Source: Candidatus Helarchaeota archaeon (GTDB lineage Archaea; Asgardarchaeota; Lokiarchaeia; Helarchaeales; RDOG01). From it: DNA of 64,000 nt. The notes under the pieces were generated by a model. That model did no database searches and had not been told where the DNA came from. It was given only the letters and a program-made list of their open reading frames with translations. Position 1 is the stretch's first letter. Each line of letters opens with the position of its first letter. This document shows positions 29,826 through 40,281 of the stretch, one piece after another. The stretch is from contig JALGVI010000011.1 of assembly GCA_029838215.1 (NCBI GenBank), forward strand, positions 26,705-90,704. Direction: 5' to 3'. The position numbers and the translations under genes were made by a program.

Positions 29826-31980
29826 TTAAGAGAGTTATAGTTACTCCCGGCGCTTAGCGGAGCTTACTCCGGTTGGACCCGGTTATGACTGACCGCCGCT
29901 GGCCAGGATTCACAAACTGTACACAGGCTTTCGCCCTTGAGTCACTGCGACCGGAGGTCCCAGGTATCAGCCCAAGACTGCCGGCACTCCTTATCCCGAA
30001 GTTACGGAGCTAATTTGCCGATTTCCCTTACCTCCTGTACACCCGACACGCCTGAGGCTTCTCACCTAGGAGCACCTGTGTTGGATCTTGGTACGGACAC
30101 GGAGGATCCTTCGCGATTTCCTTTTCATGGGCTCCAAGAATCAACCAAACCACCCTCTATTGGGTGGCCATTCATCTTTTCACCCGGTTCTCACCATTGC
30201 GGTACTCCCCGGGTTTATGGATTTAGACAAGGCGATGACCCTGCTTGGCCTATCTCAAAGCGTCAGAAATCGCGCCTACGTTACCGCAAGCGTACCTCCG
30301 TGGTACAGGAATATAAACCTGTTTCCCTTTCGGCTCTTACGTATTAAGAAGAGTCTTAGGACCGACTAACTCTCGGCTGACGACGCATCGCCGAGAAACC
30401 CTTGTCCTTTCGGCGGCATGGATTCTCACCATGCTATGCTGTTACTACCACCGGGATTTTCACTGCTGACCGGTCCACAGGAGATCACCCCCCTGCTTCG
30501 TCCCAATCAGCACGCCTTCCTACCAAATCACGGCTATTGCCGTGCTCCGAGGTATCGGTGGCTGGCTTGAGCCCCGTCCATTTTCGAGGCCCATGAACTC
30601 GATGGGTGAACTGTTACGTACTCTTTAAAGGATGGCTGTTTCTAAGCCTACCTTCCCATTGTCTTCGTCCACGAACGCCCTTCAGTTTGACACTTAGCCA
30701 GCACTTAGGGACCTTAACCCCGGTCTGGGTTGTTCCCCTCTCGGCAGCGGGGCTTACCCCCACTAACCCTTCTCCGGGCTTCTACGGTGCTAGCACGTTC
30801 GGAGTTTGTAAGACAAGAGAGGATGTCACTCCCCTTGCTTGCCAATCAGTGCTCTACCGCACTAGCTACCTCCACCCAGGCTACACTGAGATGTACTTCG
30901 GAAGGAACCAGCTATTTCCAGGCTAGATTGGCCTTTTGCCCCTATTCCCAGGTCATCAATGCGAATTGCACGTCAGCTAATGTTCAGGCCTCCACGGCAG
31001 TTTCCCGCCGCTTCACCTTGCCCAGGAATAGATCGCCTGGCTTCGGGTTTTATAACTTTGACTACGGCCCTTTCAGACCGAAGTTTCTCGGTTGGTCCTT
31101 CTCAAGGTTCTTGTGCTTCCACCTGCTCTAGGAGCTCAGGCTTACGCCAAGGTGTTGGCACCGTCGCCAAGACAAGTGCACCAACTTGCAAACTTTTCGG
31201 TTTCCCTGCGCTTCAGGGGTTGAACCCCTTGAGCTCGCCAAAATCATAAACTCCCCGGCCCGTGTTTCTAGACGGAATTAGTGACATTAGTCCTCTCCTC
31301 TCGTACTACCGGATTGCTCCGGGTTCCTTCGAGGAGAATCTGCCCTTTCATGCCACTAACGATCATGCCCAACTGGTTTCAGGCTCTTTGCACTCCTCTT
31401 CCGAGGTCCTTTTCAACTTTCGGTCACCCTACATAGTACGCTATCGGTCTGGGGGAGTATTTAGACTTGGAAGTTCATGGCTCCCATCTTCACGCGGGAT
31501 ATCCAACCCACGCTACTCTGGAATCTCAGCCCAGCGCCGTCCTCGTTACGTCTACGGGGCTATCACCCTCTACGGCTCATCTTTCCAGATGAATTTGACT
31601 TCCGAGGGGGGGCGGCGGCTGAGTCCAAAACACTACATCCCCGCGAGCTTTCACAGGCGGGTTCAGTTTGGTCTGTTCCCTGTTCGTTCGCCATTACTAA
31701 GGGAATCTCATCTTGATTTCTTTTCCTGCGGGTACTGAAATGCTTTAGTTCCCCGCGTTCCCGTTCCCTATAGGGAACGTTACGGTTTATTAGACCGCAA
31801 CACTACGTCGCATTCGGCAATCTCCGGATCTCGGACTGCGTGCGTCTCCCCGGAGCTTATCGCAGCTTGCCACGGCCTTCATCGGCTCCCCAGCCGAGTC
31901 ATCCACCAATTGGGGTCGGCGTTGACGGGTTCTAATCGTAATTGCCCTAGGTCGAGCTAAGGCTCGAAATATTTACCTCA

Positions 31981-32012
31981 ACGCGTGTTTCGTGATGTGC
32001 GTGGAGTTCCTA
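31981..32012 (-). other. Pre-23S processing stem, 5' arm
   Basis: Complementary to 28417-28447, forming a canonical BHB. Confidence 0.85.
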
Positions 32013-32348
32013 TGCTGGCATCATCGTAACGTGAAAGACCGCACGCCACTAGCCTAGGATCCGAACGCCAAAAGTGAAGCGCGATTCAGGTCTTTGATTT
32101 TTAGTTCTTGACGCAAGTCAAAATAGGCGCGTTTGAGTGCTACTTGCGCATTAATAAATCGAGCTTCATTCTCTCGTTCTATCCGGATCCAAAAAGGTAC
32201 AATTGAATCACTTGACTTTTCCTGAGAAAAGCATAAATGATCGCGGATGTTCAACCTCTCCGCGTGTCATGCACCGGAGAGTGAGATACATGCTAGCACT
32301 GAACTCATGCTTGCCGTATCGAATAGCAATAATTAGATTGTCCAAGTT

Positions 32349-32363
32349 TATATAAAGTTTATT
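32349..32363 (-). promoter_or_regulatory. TATA/BRE promoter of the 23S gene
   Basis: The - strand reads AATAAAC-TTTATATA, about 420 nt upstream of the 23S 5' end. Confidence 0.65.
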
Positions 32364-32662
32364 ATGGAATTTAAATTTCCGTTTTCCTATAAATTAAGAT
32401 TTTTTAGCAACCAGCATGGTAAAATTGACAGGATTGTGTTTAATCGTGGAGGAATATTCGATTCAGCTCGTTGTCTTGATTAGAATCCAACCTTTTAGAT
32501 CTTATTTTGAAGACATCGGACGTTTTAACTCCGTCGTGATGTAAAATCGGAAAAAAAAACAATGCGACACGTTCGTGCACGATGTGGTTGCAAAAAAAAG
32601 ACTGATGATGGGATGAAAAAGAAAGTTTTTAAAATTGGTATTCGATAATGGTTACGTAGCTA

Positions 32663-33910
32663 ATGATGAATTTTGGGGAAATTCTACAAACTTGGATGAG
32701 TAAATCCCCCGAGACTTTGAAGCGACATTTCAAGTTTAAAGAGCGTGATCACGTGCCCTCTGATTTTGGTGATATTCCGGACGATTTGATAACAAAAAAG
32801 CACATATTTTTAGGAAAGAACACTTGGCTTCTTTATCGGCAATTTGGTTATGAATTCATGGAAGCCTTTATCTCGTCCTTGCACGAGCACGTGGTGACCG
32901 AAACCATCAATAAGCGGCTCAAGGAGTCCATCATTTTAGCAAAGGAAGAATCATTAGGAAGGCTCGAAAAACCCGAAAAAACATTAACTCATTGGATTTT
33001 ACCACCAATTCGTACAGTAGTCGCCAACCAAAATCAAGGTGCCGTGAAATATTTCTTTGGCGAAAGTTGCGATGTTTCCTTCATAATTATTGACGATTAT
33101 AGGCAAGACATTCCACTCGTGCTCACGTGTCATGTTGAAAATGGGCTTCCTGTTGATTTTTGGATCATCAATCAAGATTCACCAGAGATGACCATCAAGA
33201 ATAAAGAAGGCATTGAATTTCGAAATTTGCCAAAGAAACTCAAGACTTTGGGACGATGTAGCATTTTCGTGAAAGAATTGTTAAATCAATTTAGGTCTGA
33301 ACGTAGTCCCGAATGGAGCACGTCTGCACATTACTTATTTTTAGGTTTCAACACGGGTCTATACAATTTAATTGCAGAACCCTCAAATTTTGAGCTGGAA
33401 ATCGCTTTGTGGGATGCCATGAATGCTGCCAAGCACGGTCTTCCCACTGCGTGGTTCGTGTATACGCCTTGGCCACCAATGTTGAAGAACCTACTCAATC
33501 TCGACCGAAAAACGAGTAGCCTGCGCGCACTTGAGATGTTTACAAAGGGAAGACTGCACGTCTTGCCCATCGAAGAATCAACGCTAAATTGGTTGAATGA
33601 AAATTATCCCGAGGTATACCGGGGCTTGTTGGCACAACGGGCCATCTACGGCATTCCATCTATTAATCACACGCTAAATTGTAAGATCCCTGATTATTCT
33701 GATGAGTCAACTTTCCTAGAAAAGAAATTCTCTTGGAAATATCCAAAAGAAAAGAAGATCTTTCCCGGAGACATGGGAATGAGCGTGGAAGACACGTTTA
33801 AAGGTGTTTATCTCGATGTTGATTCCAAGACACCCATTGATGAAAAAATCACGAAGAAACACATTTTATCCATTGGCATTGGAAGGGAAACGAAATTTCC
33901 CAATGATTGA
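32663..33910 (+). CDS. Hypothetical protein
   Basis: 415-aa ORF, globular composition, no motif recognised. Confidence 0.75.
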   Translation: MMNFGEILQTWMSKSPETLKRHFKFKERDHVPSDFGDIPDDLITKKHIFLGKNTWLLYRQFGYEFMEAFISSLHEHVVTETINKRLKESIILAKEESLGRLEKPEKTLTHWILPPIRTVVANQNQGAVKYFFGESCDVSFIIIDDYRQDIPLVLTCHVENGLPVDFWIINQDSPEMTIKNKEGIEFRNLPKKLKTLGRCSIFVKELLNQFRSERSPEWSTSAHYLFLGFNTGLYNLIAEPSNFELEIALWDAMNAAKHGLPTAWFVYTPWPPMLKNLLNLDRKTSSLRALEMFTKGRLHVLPIEESTLNWLNENYPEVYRGLLAQRAIYGIPSINHTLNCKIPDYSDESTFLEKKFSWKYPKEKKIFPGDMGMSVEDTFKGVYLDVDSKTPIDEKITKKHILSIGIGRETKFPND

Positions 33911-33919
33911 CGTGAATTT

Positions 33920-34912
33920 TCATTTAAATGCCGGATTCATTTCTGAATAGACCGCGAAAAGTTTTCTCCCTATTGAAAAAATGTGCTCGTGGTTGATCAA
34001 GCGATACATCAAGCTTTTTGGTAATTTGTGAATACCATTAAAGGCACCTGAGATTGCGCCGCAAATTGCACCTGTCGTATCGGTATCTCCTCCTGCTAAA
34101 ATGACCTCATTCACACTCTCGAAATAATCATGAGGAGTCCGTAAAAAACAATAAAGTGCAGCTAGAACCGTCGTGCAGGCATAAGGATGGATGATTCCGT
34201 TCTCCGGAAGCTTTTTAGGTAGGTATTCGGGACGCACTCCTAAAATGCCTAACTTTTTTAATGCTTTTTTAGGTGATTGCTTGAGAAATGAATCGAGCAT
34301 GCCAATATGGTTTTTGAACTCTTCGTGTTCTGGCTTTTGAAGTGCATTGCATAAGACTTCAATAAAATCATCAAGCACGACTTCCTCATTGACGGCCAAA
34401 TATGCCACTGCACGGGCAACAACAATAGCAGCCGCCGCGGCTGCTTCCTGCGTGTGCGTGATTTTCGTTGTTTCATCGGCAATGCGAATCAATTCTGACA
34501 CGTCATGACAATAGAAAAGCCCTATTGGAGAAATCCTCATTGCAGAACCATTTGCTCCGGAATCGTATCCCGATTTTGTCCACGGTACTCCTCTTGCAAG
34601 ATTATAAATGGCATTTAGGCAAGCCATTCCCGGTCCGATTGGAGGCTCATCGAGCCATTGGATGAAACGCTTGACTAAGACGGATGGTTGGTATCCTTTT
34701 CCTTCAATTAATGCTTCTGCCATCGCTATTGTTAGTTGTGTATCATCAGTATACCGTCCACGATAAAACTTCGAAGTGTCGTCCCCGCAAAGCCGCTCAA
34801 TTGAATTCCTACTTCGTCCTTCGAATGGCTGACCGAGTGCATCACCCATACCACAACCAAGAATGGTTCCTACGAATTTTTCTTCAATCCGATCGTGGAT
34901 TTCAAATTCCAA
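33920..34912 (-). CDS. ADP-ribosylglycohydrolase (DraG/ARH family)
   Basis: GDALGQPFEG, YTDDTQLT, GANGSAMRISPIG, GGDTDTTGAICGAISGA. Confidence 0.95.
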   Translation of the reverse strand: MEFEIHDRIEEKFVGTILGCGMGDALGQPFEGRSRNSIERLCGDDTSKFYRGRYTDDTQLTIAMAEALIEGKGYQPSVLVKRFIQWLDEPPIGPGMACLNAIYNLARGVPWTKSGYDSGANGSAMRISPIGLFYCHDVSELIRIADETTKITHTQEAAAAAAIVVARAVAYLAVNEEVVLDDFIEVLCNALQKPEHEEFKNHIGMLDSFLKQSPKKALKKLGILGVRPEYLPKKLPENGIIHPYACTTVLAALYCFLRTPHDYFESVNEVILAGGDTDTTGAICGAISGAFNGIHKLPKSLMYRLINHEHIFSIGRKLFAVYSEMNPAFK

Positions 34913-34955
34913 GAAATCACCTTGTGAATAAAAGAAATAATGGGAGGAAAGAAAA

Positions 34956-36224
34956 TTATCGAAGGCTTTCCCGGAGGTTGGCGAGTTCGATCAGGTTATG
35001 TATGCGGTGAAGACTATCCTCGCATTTCTTCAATTCATCAAAATCGCCAATCTCGGTTGCAAGTCGAGCTGCTTCCGTAAACACGTTTACAGCATCTCGA
35101 TATTTGCCATTTGTTTCCAGTAGGTGTCCTCTACTTATGAGTTCATCAAGTTGCGTTCGTAAAAGCGGGATGTGTTGCTTTACCTGTTGCAATTTTTGTG
35201 AGAACTCTGTTGCTCTTGAGCGGAACTGTTGAGCAGTAGAGACTTCTCCCAATCGCTCTGAATATTCTGCAATTTGCAGGAGAACCTTTGCCGCTTGCTC
35301 TAAATTCTCTTCACGTAAAAGGAATTCCAGTTGCTTGAATAATTGCTCTCTCTGTTCCCGAAGAGATTCCCGTTCCACGAGTATTTTCTTCACGAAGTTT
35401 TTTACCTTCTTCTTCGGAGTATTTTTCAACACTTGAATGCAAGCCGCTCGACTTTCCTCCGAAGATGATATCAGATCATTAAGCAGAGCCATTTTATCAT
35501 TTTTCACAAGACCCTTGAACTCTTCCAGTTTTGTCCATACTTTTCGCTTCTCTGCCTCTTCGTAGACATTTTCCACGTCTATGCTTGTTAATACCTGCTT
35601 TTTTCTGAGTTCAAAGATATTTTTGATAACGTTCTCCCGCGAATATCCCTTATTTTTAAGCAGATCTTCAATCAAGGGAGCAATGAAAAAGAAGCCGCGT
35701 TTTTGAGAGAGTTCTTTTGCCCTTTTAATGATGGCTTTTTGGATGCTATTAAGCCCTGTTGGGAGATCTGATAGATCTAATGGCAACATTTGAGGTTGCA
35801 TTAGAAAAAGATTGAATTCTTCTTCGCAAAGCTTTTTTGCAGAATCAAAATCTTTTACGTTCCCTTTGAAATTTTTTAATTCCTTCTTGAATTGTGTTTC
35901 AAAATCTTGAGTGAATTTAATGAGAGATTGTTTTATAGAATCTGATGGTTCTGAGTCTAACATCAAGGCGACCATGATTTCTTTTCCATCAGCGAGCATT
36001 ATTTGAAATCGTTCCATTTGCCAAGTGAATGTCGGAACATCTTCAACTTTCTTTTCTTCCTTTACTGGTTTTTCTTTTTCAACCTTACTTTTCTTTTTTT
36101 TCTCTGGTTTTGATTTCTTCTTCTGGACTTTTTCTACGACCTTCTTCTTCGGCGGAGACGTGGCTGCATCTTTTCCTTCCTCACCAAAACCTACGAATTT
36201 GCCGGGCTGTCTTCTCCGATCCAT
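34956..36224 (-). CDS. Asgard-type protein: partial longin-like domain plus TPR-like helices
   Basis: LIKFTQDFETQFKKELKNFKGNVKDF (longin C-terminal half); C-terminal TPR-like helices (YRDAVNVFTEAARLATEIGD). Confidence 0.65.
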   Translation of the reverse strand: MDRRRQPGKFVGFGEEGKDAATSPPKKKVVEKVQKKKSKPEKKKKSKVEKEKPVKEEKKVEDVPTFTWQMERFQIMLADGKEIMVALMLDSEPSDSIKQSLIKFTQDFETQFKKELKNFKGNVKDFDSAKKLCEEEFNLFLMQPQMLPLDLSDLPTGLNSIQKAIIKRAKELSQKRGFFFIAPLIEDLLKNKGYSRENVIKNIFELRKKQVLTSIDVENVYEEAEKRKVWTKLEEFKGLVKNDKMALLNDLISSSEESRAACIQVLKNTPKKKVKNFVKKILVERESLREQREQLFKQLEFLLREENLEQAAKVLLQIAEYSERLGEVSTAQQFRSRATEFSQKLQQVKQHIPLLRTQLDELISRGHLLETNGKYRDAVNVFTEAARLATEIGDFDELKKCEDSLHRIHNLIELANLRESLR

Positions 36225-36379
36225 GGCTGTTCGCCTTCTTCCTGCTCGCTAGTAAAACATTTCAAATATCTTATGAAAAATAAATCCGGTTTCCTTCTAT
36301 TTTAAATTTCACTTTGCGACTTGAATCTTATCCTCGTGGACCTATATCAATTTTTTGTAAAGTTTTTTAATGAGGTGTT

Positions 36380-37156
36380 TCACGTTGAAAGAACATTTAA
36401 AGCATCGCGGACTTCTGCTCCATCCTTTATGATTCGAGAAACCGCCGAAACAATTCGTGTCGGATCTTCATGTTGAAATGCATTCCTTCCTAACGCACAT
36501 CCGATTGCTCCTGCGTCAATGGAATCTTTAATCATTTTTAGCAGACTTTCGTCAGAAGTGATTTTTGGACCACCGGCAATAACCACGGGAACGGGACATC
36601 CTCTTACAACAGTTTTAAAGCTGTCAATATCTCCTGTATAAACCGTTTTAACAATATCTGCACCCAATTCAGAACCAACACGAGCTGCTAATGCAACCAA
36701 TTCGGGATCGTAGGGATTAGTGATATTTTCTCCTCGCGGATAGACCATTGCAAGTAACGGAATTTGATACTTCGCACATTCATCTGCAATTCGGAAGTGT
36801 TCAAGCATGGCTGGTTCATGAATGCTTCCAAAATTCACGTGAATTGAAACCGCATCAACACCAGCACGAATGGCGTGTTCAATTGAACTAATCAAAACCT
36901 TCTTATCGGGAACCCCAATTTTGGTTGATGCTGATAAATGCATTATCAAGCCACACCCGGGTGCCTTTTCTAGAGCCTGTATCATTCCCTTATGCAATAG
37001 AATGGCTGTAGCACCTCCAGCAACGACTTTATTAACAGCGTCATTGATATTTATTAAACCCGGGATGGGACCAAGAGTGACGCCATGATCCATGGGAATG
37101 ATGATGGCTTTCCCATCATCAAGAATTCGACTCAAACGCATTTCTTTTCCATTCAT
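36380..37156 (-). CDS. Class I aldolase of the DhnA family (ADH synthase or archaeal FBP aldolase)
   Basis: IIPMDHGVTLGP, HKG, MVYPRG, ELGADIVKT (Schiff-base Lys), IAGG, GRNAFQ. Confidence 0.9.
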   Translation of the reverse strand: MNGKEMRLSRILDDGKAIIIPMDHGVTLGPIPGLININDAVNKVVAGGATAILLHKGMIQALEKAPGCGLIMHLSASTKIGVPDKKVLISSIEHAIRAGVDAVSIHVNFGSIHEPAMLEHFRIADECAKYQIPLLAMVYPRGENITNPYDPELVALAARVGSELGADIVKTVYTGDIDSFKTVVRGCPVPVVIAGGPKITSDESLLKMIKDSIDAGAIGCALGRNAFQHEDPTRIVSAVSRIIKDGAEVRDALNVLST

Positions 37157-37179
37157 TTAGAACTCTTCCAGTAAAGAAA

Positions 37180-38262
37180 TCAGACTAAATCTAATGCAAT
37201 GGCAACCTCAGCACCCAACACGGAAGATCCTGCAGCACCACGTATTGTATTATGACTCAAGAGACAAAGATTAACCGAGTAATCATCTATTCCTCGTCTG
37301 ACTCGACCTATTGTCGTAGCCATCCCAGGAACCGTTCCTGCCATCCTATCCAAGCGAGGTTGAGGTCGATTTATCTCAGATCTATAAACTATGGGATCAT
37401 CAGGCGCATAACTTAATTTTTGCTTGATTTTTAGGAATTCAGGAGTGCCCTTGAACTTTTTCAAACAGGAAATTACATCTTCAATATTCTCTATCTTCCT
37501 TTCTGTATTGATGTATGCTGTTTCAAAATGACCATCGGTAATTGGAACTCGAGTACACGTGCTTGCAATTCGAAATTCAGCATTTCTTACACCACTTGGT
37601 TCTTTTTTTCCAAGAATTTTTAGAACCTCTGATTCCACTTTTTCTTCTTCTCCTTTGATGAAAGGAATTATGTTTTCGTTGATGAGTAAACCCGGAACCC
37701 CTGGGATGCCGGACCCGCTTATGGCTTGCCAAGTATTCGCGACAACACTCTTTATTCCAAATTCTTCATAGATTGGCTTCAATGCAAACGCGAAACCCAC
37801 CGTTGTACAGTTTGGATCAGTAGTAATGGCTCCTGACCAATCCCTGTTTTTCCGCTGAATGTCAATTAATTCCAAGTGATCAACGTTAAGTTCAGGAATG
37901 AGAAGAGGCACGTCTGCTTCCATTCGCATTGCACTGGCCTTACTCTGAACGTAATAACCTGCGGCTGCAAATTTGGGTTCTATAACTTTTGCCTCACTTG
38001 AAGGCAATGCTCCAAATGCAATATCTGCTGGTTCAACCTCTTTTGGATCCGTTAACTTTATCGTCATTTCTCCAATTTCTTCGGGAATCTCTGAAGGAAG
38101 ATGCCACTCATCTTTTAATCGATCTCTATATTTTAACCCTGCAGATCGCTTCGAAGCTGAAATGTCGACTATATCAAAACTCGGATGTTTGCTGAGCATG
38201 TCCACTAAACGTTGCCCAACCGTTCCAGTTGCTGCCAGAATTACACAACTCTTCTTTTTCAT
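37180..38262 (-). CDS. asd: Aspartate-semialdehyde dehydrogenase
   Basis: ATGTVGQR, DPNCTT, QAISGSG, RVPITDGH, HNTIRGAAG. Confidence 0.95.
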   Translation of the reverse strand: MKKKSCVILAATGTVGQRLVDMLSKHPSFDIVDISASKRSAGLKYRDRLKDEWHLPSEIPEEIGEMTIKLTDPKEVEPADIAFGALPSSEAKVIEPKFAAAGYYVQSKASAMRMEADVPLLIPELNVDHLELIDIQRKNRDWSGAITTDPNCTTVGFAFALKPIYEEFGIKSVVANTWQAISGSGIPGVPGLLINENIIPFIKGEEEKVESEVLKILGKKEPSGVRNAEFRIASTCTRVPITDGHFETAYINTERKIENIEDVISCLKKFKGTPEFLKIKQKLSYAPDDPIVYRSEINRPQPRLDRMAGTVPGMATTIGRVRRGIDDYSVNLCLLSHNTIRGAAGSSVLGAEVAIALDLV

Positions 38263-38411
38263 GTGTCCTTCACGTGTTTCAAATTGATTTTAAATTATAA
38301 GTAAATTAATGACAAAAATTTCTCATTCATGGAGAATTTTAATCTTTTGATTTTAGAAGCTCGACTTAAGGAAATTCTTCAAGTCTTTTCTTGAGCTGTG
38401 AAATTACCAAG

Positions 38412-39737
38412 TCAGAATAAACGAGTCTGATTACTTATCACGTTAGTTTCAAAGAAAGCATTGATATCTTGTTTTTCTCCAATAACTAATTCACCATATG
38501 AACCATCAAATCCCAAAGGCTTGAACGAAAAGTAACCATTTTTTACTTTTAGAATTAAATCGATCACGTCTTCATCGATTATGCCTTGAAGTCTCTCCTG
38601 AATGGTTGAATCATCAACAAACCATAATTCGCATTCATTTCCCATTTCTTGAACGATTCTATAATACAACGCCGTAACCTTTTTTGAAGAAACTGATTTA
38701 ACATGAAAATGACCTCGAGCCAAGATCTCAATGAGAGGTACCATGTGAACGTATTTTTGGGACTTCGGTGGTAAATATCCAAATTCTCTATTAGCACCTT
38801 GGACTTTAGTGAGCTCTAGTGCACGTTCGAGCACACCAACCGTCAATTTTTTCTTGCATATAGGGCACACGTGATCTTTTGGCGTGAATTTCGGAGAAAA
38901 AACACAATAATGCTTCCCATGCCCCTTTTTCCCTGCTCGATGCCCTGTTAAAAAGAATTTTCCTTCCGTTGGTGAAAATTCTGAAGTCCTTGAGATCTTC
39001 TTGGCTCGAAGTGAAGCCAGAACATCCCAGTAGGATAATTTATTGACTTCAATCGTTGTAAATTCTCGTCCCAATCTGTTCAAGGCAACACTATGCGCAT
39101 CCGAATTCGAGATGAAACCCAAATCATCAAGTTCGGGAATGAGACCCAAGACTAAAGGATCGGCACTTAATCCCGTTTCAACAACGTGTATTTTTTCCGT
39201 GGCAGATCCGAAGAACTCCTCTAAATAATTAATGGGATTGTTAGAACCGAACACTCCTGCAGGGGTCATTACATGAGCAGGTATGAATTCAATCGCATCA
39301 TCAATATTAAGAAGCTTGAGTAACTTGTCCCCTACATCTTCATTATCGATGCACTTCAAGAAAGGACGTCCAATCGTATTCTTCATTCCCCAACGTTCCA
39401 TCAATTTAACGGAGTCGTCAATTGCGTTAAATGAAGGAAATAAAAGCAAAACATGAACTGATTTTCTTCCTGTCCTGATCTTGCAAGTAAAAATGACTTC
39501 TGTTTGAAGCAAGAAAAATATGTCTCCATCATCAGGATGAACGAATAATCCGGTGTCGGCTTCAATCTCGCGTAAACTCGCTTGAAGAATCTTATTCCAC
39601 TCGGGATGCAAGCAATCCCCAGTACCGATGAGGTTTATGCCTTTTTTTGGTGCAATATGGATAAAATCCTTCAGATTTATTACTCCAACGCCACCAGAAG
39701 CTCCAGAATGATAATGTAAATCACAGTTCAGATACAT
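38412..39737 (-). CDS. PHP-domain endonuclease Q-like protein (TIGR00375)
   Basis: DLHYHS, GTGDCLHP, QTEV, PAHVMTP, ETGLSAD, SNSDAHS...LGRE, GHR, CPIC. Confidence 0.88.
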   Translation of the reverse strand: MYLNCDLHYHSGASGGVGVINLKDFIHIAPKKGINLIGTGDCLHPEWNKILQASLREIEADTGLFVHPDDGDIFFLLQTEVIFTCKIRTGRKSVHVLLLFPSFNAIDDSVKLMERWGMKNTIGRPFLKCIDNEDVGDKLLKLLNIDDAIEFIPAHVMTPAGVFGSNNPINYLEEFFGSATEKIHVVETGLSADPLVLGLIPELDDLGFISNSDAHSVALNRLGREFTTIEVNKLSYWDVLASLRAKKISRTSEFSPTEGKFFLTGHRAGKKGHGKHYCVFSPKFTPKDHVCPICKKKLTVGVLERALELTKVQGANREFGYLPPKSQKYVHMVPLIEILARGHFHVKSVSSKKVTALYYRIVQEMGNECELWFVDDSTIQERLQGIIDEDVIDLILKVKNGYFSFKPLGFDGSYGELVIGEKQDINAFFETNVISNQTRLF

Positions 39738-40281
39738 GCTTCAACCATTTTCCTTTTTTTAACAAACTTGGATATCTTTCTTTTAATGTTTTTCTTCGCG
39801 ATTCGGTCAAGTCCATGTCCTGTCACAGACGAAAAATATCTACAAAAACTTGAAATTTAAATGCTAAAAACCGAGCATGACCAAGGAAAAACTCCAACGA
39901 ATTGTGCCTTTACTATAGAAAAGAGCTCTAATAGTAAACTTATTCGTTTAGTTCAGCCATATCTCAGATCGAAAACTAGAAGGCTTACTGATTTTACATT
40001 TACTGAATTGAATATTCAATTTTTAAATACCAAAATTTAAAAATCTTTAATTTTCAAAATAAGTTATATTTATAGAAAGTACTAGCATAGTGGTAACAAT
40101 ATCACAAAAATGATGAGAAGCAAAGTTTGAAACAAATTGGATCTATAGGAAATTTATGGCATCCATCTGGACAATAGATATAATATTTAACTTCCGGACT
40201 TTAAGCGAGATTTGATGCATTCATTTTATCCATTCAATTAATTTCCGGAATGAAAGGTAGAACAATATTTGAAGTGAGCAC

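Noticed and set aside
31262-31375. Expanded H25/ES7 in 23S
   Set aside because: Length and motifs match the ordinary archaeal form.
32054-32254. 66-aa ORF in the 23S leader
   Set aside because: It lies inside the putative pre-rRNA transcript and overlaps a long-range helix; no motif supports coding.
36025-36200. Repeat-like TTC/TTTC-rich DNA
   Set aside because: It encodes the Lys/Glu-rich linker of the 34956..36224 protein.
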